A stretch of DNA of 62,000 nucleotides. It comes from Octopus vulgaris. Its lineage: Eukaryota. Every line of letters starts with the position of its first letter. The stretch's first letter is position 1. The position numbers and the translations under genes were made by a program. Below, one piece after another: positions 52,617 through 62,000 of this stretch. The notes under the pieces are model-generated. The model searched no databases and was not told the origin of the DNA. It saw only the letters and a list, made by a program, of their open reading frames with translations. Where the stretch lies: positions 93,392,001 to 93,454,000 of the forward strand of contig OX597819.1 in assembly GCA_951406725.2 (NCBI GenBank), in the 5' to 3' direction.

Positions 52617-53339
52617 CGGTCTGAGGCCGTATGGGAAAATGAATGGAGGTAATAATGTCGCCATTACTAGTGACTGGTTGTTTGATTTTTGTCGCTCACG
52701 GTACTTGTTTTGGGAACAAGGCAAGCCAACAGTTGTTGTGTGTGTTCACCATCTGATCCTGGCAGAAATTTTTCTTGTCTGAGAAAAACCAAAGCATGTT
52801 CGGTTGAAGGGGATGGTAGAGTTTGTTCAAAGGTTTTGTAGCGTGGTCTTTCCTCTTGTCCTTAATGGCTTGGGATAAAAATTGGCCTTTTCTGATCTTG
52901 TATGAGGAAGACCGAATGTCTTCATACACTGCCTGATAAGAAACTCAGACACCCCAGTGTCCCTTGCGATTGATCTGATTGATTTGGAGAGATCGTTGTC
53001 AATCATGACCTAGAGATCACCAACAAATTCAGGAGTTCTTTCCTTAAAGAACGAGTTTTCCGAGCTGCCGTACCTTCGTAATCACCATTAGACTCACCTA
53101 ACTCTTTCCGAATTCTCTGCACTGCCCCTAGATTCACACCCAAACACCCTGAAATATTCGTATTGGAGCTTCCGGCGCAAATGCCAAGCGGTTCAGCATG
53201 TCATTTCTGGCAGAGGGAATTGCATCATGGTCCTGTTTTTCTCACAGACGGTGCCCAACTGTGTAGTCAACAAAAGCAAAAACAAGCAATGCACGTGCGA
53301 GAAATTAAAAATATATGATTTCGACAATTTACTCATCGC

Positions 53340-53345
<6 letters not shown>
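52617..53345 (-). mobile_element. Tc1/mariner-superfamily transposon fossil, 3'-truncated
   Basis: TA|TAGGGTGCGATGAGTAAATTGTCG terminus at 53345. Fragments SIRSIARDTGVSEFLIRQ, YKIRKGQFLS and LWFFSDKKNFCQDQMVN (first catalytic Asp motif), with stops and frameshifts. Confidence 0.85.
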
Positions 53346-53381
<36 letters not shown>

Positions 53382-53476
53382 CATACATACATATACATAC
53401 ATACATACATATATATATACATATACATACATACATATATATATATACATATACATACATATACATACATACATAC

Positions 53477-53529
<53 letters not shown>

Positions 53530-53576
53530 CATACATACATATACATACATACATATATATACATATGCATACATAC

Positions 53577-53615
<39 letters not shown>

Positions 53616-53630
53616 CATATACATAAATAC

Positions 53631-53671
<41 letters not shown>

Positions 53672-53726
53672 CATATATACATATACATATATATATACAT
53701 ACATATACATAAATATATAAACATAC

Positions 53727-53760
<34 letters not shown>

Positions 53761-53917
53761 ACATACATATATATACATATACATATATATACATACATAT
53801 ATATACATATACATATATACATACATATATATACATATACATATATACATACATATATACATATACATATATATATATACATACACATACATATATATAT
53901 ATATACATACATATATA

Positions 53918-53971
<54 letters not shown>

Positions 53972-53990
53972 CACATACATACATACATAC
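53346..53990. repeat. ~650-bp compound (TA)/(TACA)/(TATACA) microsatellite
   Basis: Direct inspection. Confidence 0.95.
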
Positions 53991-54340
53991 ACCTACACAT
54001 TTGGAATGCATTTTCTTCAGTATATAAATAGGCAATTATCTTCTTTTGTATTATTTTCACAGACTGTATTTATCTGTATACCTTTTTTCTTCTGTTATCA
54101 TAAGTTTTTAGCAGGCTTGAGCATAGGTGTGTTGTGAGTATGTGTGAGTAGATGTGGCGTATTGGTGTATATGTGCTTTGTGGGCTTGACTGCATACGTG
54201 TGTGTGATTATATTTGACATTTTTCGACAACTCTCTGCTATCAATTTTAATTTCTTTCATTTTAATTTTAGACCTCCTAATCCATATCACAAACAGCTCA
54301 TTAAGTTTAAATTCAAATGCACATACATGGTATGTACATG

Positions 54341-54389
<49 letters not shown>

Positions 54390-54740
54390 TGTGTAATCAG
54401 ACACCAAAGAGATTGAAGTTGGTCTACGTCAGCAAGACAATTATTATGTAATAAAATCAACAAAAAAAAAGAGTACACTGAATTCCAACCAGTATCTTTC
54501 CCTCCTTTTTTTCTTACAATTTATCTCAGTTTAGAGGATGTAAAACTCTGCTGTCTCACATTAATTTCACTCTTGTTAACTTTTCTCTCAAAAAAAAAGG
54601 AATGTTTGAAACGTCGGATTTTTCCACTCCTCCATGGCAAATTCGCTGCACTCTTTTCATCGATTTAACTATACACACACATACACATATATATATATAC
54701 ATGTAAATATATATATGTGTATGTATGTATGTATGTGTGT

Positions 54741-54990
54741 GTGGAGGCGCGTGGCTTTGTGGTTAGGGTGTCAGCATCATGGTCGTAAGATTGTGGTTGG
54801 TTTCGATTGCTGGACAGGGCGACACATTGTGTTTTTGAGCAAAACAACTCATTTCACGTTGCTCCAGTCCACTCAGCTGACAAAATTGAGTAACGCTGCG
54901 ATGGACTAGTGTCCCGTTCAGCTGGGGAACACATACGCCATTGAAACGGGAAACCGGGCCCATGAGCCTAGCTAGACTTTAAAAGGCACA
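54741..54990 (+). mobile_element. CORE-type SINE (family C')
   Basis: gtggaggcgcgtggctttgtggttaggg...ttgtgtttttgagcaaaac...gctgcgatggactagtgtcccg...gaaaccgggcccatgagcc. Confidence 0.8.
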
Positions 54991-57895
54991 TTTATTATTT
55001 TCATATATATAGGGGGAGAAAGAGAGAGAGATGTACATACATGTATGTGTGGATGGATGGAGTGAAGGAACTATAATACGGGTCAACATTTCGCTTTAAT
55101 TTCAATATGACAAGGCTGTTCTGTTGATTAGATCATCCGAAACCCTTATTGTCATAACCGACGGAGTGCTAGTAGTAGTAGTAGTAGTAGTAGTAGTGTG
55201 TGTGTGTGTTCTCTTTCTCTTTTTAATTTAGAATGAATTTTGACCAGTTGCCTGCTTGGCAGCAAGGTTGTGAAGGAAAGCATCTTGTTTTGTCCATCGT
55301 CTTTTAAATCTTAAGAAGCTCTTGCAAATTTTTATAATCCCACTATGTATGTATACATGCATGTATGTATGTATGTATGTATGTATGTATGTATGCATGC
55401 ATGTATGTATGCATATATGTATGTATGCATGCATGCATGTATGTATGCATGTATGTATGCATGCATGTATGAATGCATGTATGCATGTATGTATGTATGT
55501 ATGTATAAAATACAAAATGGGACAAGAATGCACAGCTGAAATTGCAAGGATTATCCGGTTTTTGACTGAGGATAGAAAGCTTCGAATGACCCATCCTTAT
55601 TTTTTCTTGTATCGTCTATCTGGATGTTTTGTTGTCCCTTTTTGTATCATTTAGTTGTCCGGATGTTTTGCGTTCTTGTCCCATTTTGTATTTTATATAT
55701 ATATATATGTATGTATGTATGTATGTATAAATACATGTATGTGTGTATGTATGTATGGAAGAGGAGGAAGATACACTTAGATGTAAATCATAAAGGCTCT
55801 ATCAGGCCATAAAGAACATCTGGGTTATCAATTAGCCCAGTGCCTTCAAATTTTCTACATTTCTCCCATTTACATCCCATTAAACCAACAAAATCTCAAA
55901 TACCTGTTCTAGCATACAAAATCATAACACAGAAATAACTACAACATGCATGTGCACATTTGTTTTTCCTAAATAAGCTTATCTTTCTTGATGTTAACAT
56001 TTCCTCCCACCACCACCACTATCATTACTTAATATATCAGATTAAGATTATAGAGATGACTTAAATTACCTACATTTATCTCTTTATATCCAGTTATATA
56101 TCTACAACAATCTTAAATTCTATGTTCTGTAGAAAAGCACAATTTCAGAATGATTACAATAAGTGTATATGCGTTTGATTGTTTTATTTTTGCTTTCTTT
56201 TTTTTTTTTTTTTTTTTTTGGTAAACAGTCTTGTTTTCTCAATGTTACCACACATCGTATCACTGCTTAATTTATCAGATTATTGCGATGACACTGTTGT
56301 CAAGTGTACAACTGTCAATGTAATTTCTTCCAGTATGAAGAACCTGATGTGCAGACATGCATTGTGTTCTTTCTTGACATGAATGTATCTGAGTTAACTT
56401 CATTCATTCCACAACAATGAAAGATATTTTATCGCACTGCATATTCTGTATACCCAAACTATGTCTTGCATTGCACATTTTCTAGCTGTATTATGTTACA
56501 CAATGTGCAAGTATCTTTATATACAACCCCAGGCCAATGCAAACCTTGTGTGTAGGTTTTGGTAGATGAACTCTTGAAGGAAGCCCATCGAATGCACACA
56601 CATGTGTGTGTGTGAGAGAGAGAGAGAAACAGAAAGAGAGTGGGTGTGTGTTTGTGTGTGTGTGTATGCATTTGTGTGTAACTCTTTGTCTTGATATTGA
56701 TGTTGTAATTGTAAACAAACCTCACTGGCCTACAAGCAGTGTCGTTTGTTTGCAGTCTTCAATGAAAGCATGCCCAAGCATTGTTTCTGTTTGTGCTCAA
56801 AGGACGATGGGAAATATTGCTTGGCTTGAAAACATGTGGGAGCAGGTGACAGGAAAAAAAAAATATATGGATGAAGGAAAAATTCATTTAAACAAATTTC
56901 CTATGATTCATAAAATACTACAAAAAGTAAACGCGTAAACATTAAGATGATGATAACGACGACAATGCTAACGATGATTTCATTTCTATACAGCATATTT
57001 GAAATATGCTGTAGCTAGCAAGAAAAAAAACTTAAAACAGCATAGAGCATATGAATTAATTAATTCTATATAAGAATAAATATTTAACTTTGCTCTAAAG
57101 TCATTTAGTGAAATATAGCTCTCTGGAGATAACATACAGTGCTGATGACTGAAAATTAATGATATAAATCTAATTGGAATATCATACAGCTTCTGTGCAG
57201 TCAGAATTACTTATAATCTTTTAGATTACTTATTTAATGATAGAAAGTAAAAATTAATTACCATTAAACTTCATGTGTAATATGCATATTTTTCTTCAAA
57301 ATCTTGATTAAAAATTAGTGGTATGATATAATAAATGATATTAAACCGCAAAATTTTGTCCCCAGTTGGTTTTATCAAGAAAAACAAGACAAAAAAAAAC
57401 ATGGTAATGTAATGAAGATTTATTATTTCTTTTTAGATTATTTTCTTATATGTATCAGCATCATCATCATCATCACCATTATCGTTGTCATCATTATTTA
57501 ACATCCACTTTTCCATGTTCGCAAGTGTTAGATGGAATTTGTTGGGGCAGGTTTTCTATGGCTGAATACCCTTTCTGTTGCCAAGCTTCACCTATTTCCA
57601 AGCAAAGTTATATTTCTCATAGTCAAAGATGTTTTCCATGGAAGAATGGAAATGAGCTAAATCACTTGTACACATATGATGGTGAAGCACGTTGACAACC
57701 ATCATGAGATGTCAAGACAAAGATATATATACACACACACTCATACACACACATACAGTTTCCACTTATCAAAACTATTTACAAGGTTTTGGTTGATCCA
57801 GGGCTACAGCAGAAGATAGCTGACCATGATGCCAGACAGTGAGGCTGAACCCGAGACTGCATGATTGGGAAGCAAGCTTCTCAAACATACATTCA

Positions 57896-58110
57896 TACTC
57901 TTTTACTCTCTTTTACTTGTTTCACTCATTTGACTGTGGCCATCCTGGAGCACCACCTTTAGTCGAACAAATCAACCACAGGACTTATTCCTTGTAAGCC
58001 TAGTACTTATTCTATTGGTCCCTTTTGCTGAACTGCTAAGTTACAGGAATGTAAACACACCAGCATTGATTGTCAAGCAATGGTGGGGGGACAAACACAG
58101 ACAAAAACAT

Positions 58111-58145
<35 letters not shown>

Positions 58146-58279
58146 CAATTAGCTTCATTCAGCTTCTATCCACCAAATCTACTGAAGCTATAGTAGAAGA
58201 CACTTGCCCAAGGTGCCATGCAGTGGGACTGAACCCATAACCATGTTGTTGGTAAGCAAGCTACTTACCACACAGCCAC
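57896..58279 (-). mobile_element. Family B SINE with heavy CpG decay; a fragment lies upstream at about 57755-57890
   Basis: Colinear with 3339-3777, but 9 of 10 compared CpG sites are TG or CA. Confidence 0.85.
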
Positions 58280-58339
58280 ATACTTGAACCTTTAATATAT
58301 ATATATATCTATACATTTAATATAAAAAATGAATTATTG

Positions 58340-58860
58340 GTTTCATATTTGGGCACAAGGCCAGTAATTTTGGGGGAGGGGGTAGGTCAATTGCATCAAC
58401 CCTGGGGCTCAAATGGCACCTAGAAAGATGAAAGGATAAGTCAGCCTTTGCTTAATTTGAACTCAGGTGCTAAGCATTTCGCCTGGCATGCTAGCAATAC
58501 TGCCAACATATTTGTACCTGCACCTAATATTTGCATATCAATATATTTAATATAAAATGAAAAATCAATTTCAAATTTTGGCACAAGGCCAGTAAGTTTT
58601 GAGGATGGGGTAAGTCACTTAGATTAACCCCAGTGCTCAACTGGTACTTATTTTTATCAACCTCCAAAAGGATGAAAGGCAAAGTTGGCCCCCAGAAGAA
58701 TTTGAACTCAGAACATAAAGATGGACAAAATGCTGCTGAGCATCTTGCCTGGCACACTAACAAATGAGTCAGCTCAATGCCTCATAAAATGAAATATTGA
58801 TTTTAAATTTTAGCCCAAGGCCAGCAATTTTGGAGTAGGGGTAAGTCAAGATATGATTTG
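58340..58860 (-). mobile_element. Decayed family A SINEs (two copies plus a fragment)
   Basis: ttttggcacaaggccag...gatgaaaggcaaagttggcc...tttgaactcagaac, CpG-depleted. Confidence 0.7.
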
Positions 58861-59167
58861 CAGGAAACTTAGTTGTTATTTCTAGAAGATTGAGCAACCA
58901 AGTAGAGACAGACTCACTGATTCTGACTGCATATATTAGAATATTGTTCATAGGTTGTTGTTGTTGTTGTTGCTACTATTGCTGCTGTTGCTGTTGTAGT
59001 TGTTTAGTCTCTGGACAGCTCTGATCATACAACCTTGTAATCAAAAAAACATCTTCTGACATACTGCATCTTGGACCATATTATCCAATGTCTATTTTTA
59101 AGTGCATATGGAGTGGTCTTAGGGAGTTTTGGCTGCCATTTCTAGAGAAATAAATGGTCATCTAGAG

Positions 59168-59530
59168 CAGGTTTTTTAACCAATTTTTATTTATTTATGG
59201 ACCCTCTTGCTTTAGTACTTTATTCTGGAGGACCATGCCACATGCCATAACCATTCGATATTTAAAAACTAGTTTTATAGAAACTTCTTTCAAACTTCCT
59301 ATTTTGGTTTATCCCACATTAACTTGTGTAAGTTGAACTTTGAAAATGACAGGGAAAGAAACCTGGCTCTTTCTTGCAATAGATACATTTAAATCAAAAC
59401 TGTAAATAGATATTTAAAATACTACTGTGGATCCCCAATTTTCTATTTTGCTAGTGTACCCCACCCTAAAAAAGAAATCTTATATGAGCACCCCAGAGGT
59501 CTATGGACCCTGGTTGAGAATCAACCGAGG
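59168..59530. mobile_element. hAT (Charlie-like) MITE
   Basis: Flanked by atctagag and ttctagag (nTCTAGAn-type 8-bp TSD). Ends resemble CAGxGGTTCTCAACC (caggttttttaacc / ggttgagaa). Confidence 0.5.
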
Positions 59531-60768
59531 TTCTAGAGTCATTTTTTTTGTAGGCTTGTCTTATTCTTTTCTAAATGAAACTGGTGTTTAGACTGCTCAT
59601 TAGCAAAAGTCACAACTGACCTGTTGATATTTTGCATTATCATTCACATAATGACAAGATTTGAATTCAAATTTTAATTTAAACATGAACACTTCTATGC
59701 AGGTGGTCTCAAAAGATGACACTAGGCTAAGGTGTCACTTGGTGGAATCAAACCCTAACTCAAACAGTTGCAAACTAGACTTCTAAATCACACAGCTTTT
59801 TCCATTCCTATATTTCATTAATAATTTGAGAAAAAGGCAATATTCCATTGCAACAGTGTTATTGATTTATGAATAAAAATTGATTACATTTATTCATCTA
59901 ATTATTTATTCATTCATTTATTTATTTTGAATACAATTTTTGGCTTGATAATTCCCATCCTTAGGTAACCATTGAAAGAAAAAAACAACAACAGAAACAT
60001 ATTGTTCTATTTTTGCCTTTATTTCATTTATTTACCTTCAAACCACAGTTTCTGAAGGATCTCTACAGAAAAATTAATGTGAGAGAAAGAGAGAAAGAAA
60101 AAGAGAAAGAAGGAGAGGAAGAGAAGGGGGGAGAGAGAGAAGTGTAAGAGAAAAATAACAAGAAAGATAAAGAGAGACAGAGAAAGAGATGGAAAACAAA
60201 TTAATGGCTTTTCTGCCTTTGTAAATAGCTGCTTTTAGTGAAGTACCTTATATCAAAGGCATCAGGCTAATAACAAGTTAGTAACGACAGAACAAATCTA
60301 ATAATTACACTTGTATTCTAGTCATTAGAACATGAGAAAAATGGAATTGCTGCACAATGGAAATATAGCGTCATATGAACTCTTATCTTTTAATAATTGG
60401 CTAGAATATTTTATTGTGAGAAAGACTGTACTGTTTAGAGAATAATGCTTTATAATACAATATTATGTTTTGTAAATATTATGTATTATACCAATATTCG
60501 CGATATTTTGTAAATAACATCTGTTACATTTTGACTACTTATGTTTTTATCATTAGTCTGGAAAATTAGTAATGCCCATAGCTTTTTTTTTTTTTTAAAA
60601 GATCTCTTAGACTGGGTGATAGACAATAAAGACAAAGTATAAAGCATGTGGTCTTGAAGAGTGTAATTCTGAGATATCGGGCATGGTGTTGTTATGAATT
60701 CTGTATATGTGCCACTAGGTTAAAGAAGATTTATAAAATATGATAATTCTAGATCACTTCTCAGTTTT

Positions 60769-60992
60769 TTAACCCTTTTGATGCTAACTCATCTGAGGCT
60801 AACTTTGGTTCTATCATACAAATTTCCTGTTTTAAATTGATCTAAATCAAAACCCATCAAAATTTAATGTTAGCTTATGTTCTAAACATCAGTATTATAA
60901 TGAGCTATTTTATTTAAACTCATTATTATTTTCCGAATAAATTTAAACAAAAGCAGTATATTTCAATAGACATACAGTAACAAAAGGGTTAT
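60769..60992. mobile_element. piggyBac-type MITE
   Basis: ttaa|cccttttg ... caaaaggg|ttat. Confidence 0.65.
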
Positions 60993-61478
60993 TATACTGG
61001 GTCTGGAAGACTCAGTATAATAACCCTTCTGTTTAATAACCCCTGGCTGAAGGAGCAGGGTCCATGGCTTTCCTAGACAATGGATATTAATGCCATTGGT
61101 GTTCCTCTTGAACATTTGTAAGTTAAACCTGTAGGAAAGACATGACCAATGAGGGAATTCCAAAACCTCGATGTTCTGGGAAGTAGTGATTAGTGCAGAC
61201 CCTGGAAGGGTTGGGCGCAATAAAGATGATGAGATAAGGAAAGATGTATTGGTTGAGAAAATCTGAATTGGAGTGACTTGAACTCAATCATCTCAAAGGA
61301 GTAAATACCATTATATACTAATGGTAGAGAAGACAGAATAAGGAGATAGTATGCCAGTGAAACAGAGGCTGAATCATCTGTCAGTGACTTTAAGCTAATC
61401 AGATGAATGACCCATTTCTGGATGAAGTCTAGGGTCTCTGTGGATACAACAACAGCACTGTCAAAGCTGAAATAGCAA
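60993..61478 (-). pseudogene. CR1/L2-group LINE ORF2 C-terminal fragment
   Basis: TLDFIQKWVIHLI...SLAYYLLILSSLPLVYNGIYSFE...SYRFNLQMFKRNTN resembles the LDRIQKRAIRLI...YNLQxFKxxVN end of CR1/L2-type RTs. Frameshifted. Confidence 0.65.
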
Positions 61479-61898
61479 TACTCCTTTACTCTTTTACTTG
61501 TTTCAGTAATTTGACTGCAGCCATACAAGAGCACCACCTTTAGTCGAGTAAATCAACCCCAGGACTCATTCTTTGTAAGCCTAGTACTTATTCTATCAGT
61601 CTCTTTTGCCGAACTACTAAGTTACGGGGATGTAAACACACCAGCATCAGTTGTTAAGCAATGTTGGGGGACAAAAACACAGATACACAAACATATACAC
61701 ACACATACATATATATATACATACATACATTTATACGACAGGCTCCTTTCAGTTTCTGTCTACCAAATCCACTCATAAAGCTTTGGTCGGCCCGAGGCTA
61801 TAGTAGAAGACACTTGCCCAAGGTGCCATGCAGTGGGAATGAACCCAGAACCATGTGGTTTGTAAGCAAGCTACTTACTACACAGCTACTCCTGCACT
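61479..61898 (-). mobile_element. Family B SINE, CpG-decayed
   Basis: Full length; 7 of 10 compared CpG sites are lost. Confidence 0.85.
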
Positions 61899-62000
61899 GA
61901 GTGAGTTGCACTAATCTGAGTTTTTCTCAAAAGAATTCTATTTCCTACACCAACCAATGTACAAAGTTATACATCTACCCAATGACTCTAAATATTTACT

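Noticed and set aside
56070-56126. Minus-strand unit with good acceptor and donor
   Set aside because: All frames contain stops. It shows that exon-like signals occur by chance here.

Overview
Repeat-dense, AT-rich eukaryotic genomic DNA, most likely an octopus (inferred from the tRNA-derived SINE families and the very high microsatellite load; not database-checked). No intact, recognisable protein-coding gene, rRNA, tRNA gene or CRISPR array was found. Nearly all long ORFs in the supplied track are translated (AT)n/(GT)n/(CT)n/(GAT)n tracts. The window holds dozens of SINE copies from at least 4-5 families, several with clean target-site duplications, including a dimer inserted as one unit and a 5 x 158 bp SINE-derived array. 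It also holds two Tc1/mariner transposase fossils, a Helitron Rep fossil with its 3' end, RTE and CR1/L2-type LINE 3' ends, piggyBac-, hAT- and TTAGGG-containing MITEs, and several long foldback palindromes. Most notable observations: (i) hammerhead-ribozyme-like motifs in Penelope-like repeat tails (24066-24101, 27926-27963) and a degenerate full one at 1892-1942; (ii) same-strand, intronless, decayed ORFs of unknown origin at about 47.2-50.2 kb, possibly a DNA-virus/Maverick relic; (iii) a switch to CpG-decayed repeats beyond about 56-57 kb, suggesting a germline-methylated domain; (iv) a few minus-strand exon-like units (12210-12234, 41345-41410) hinting at a large host gene.
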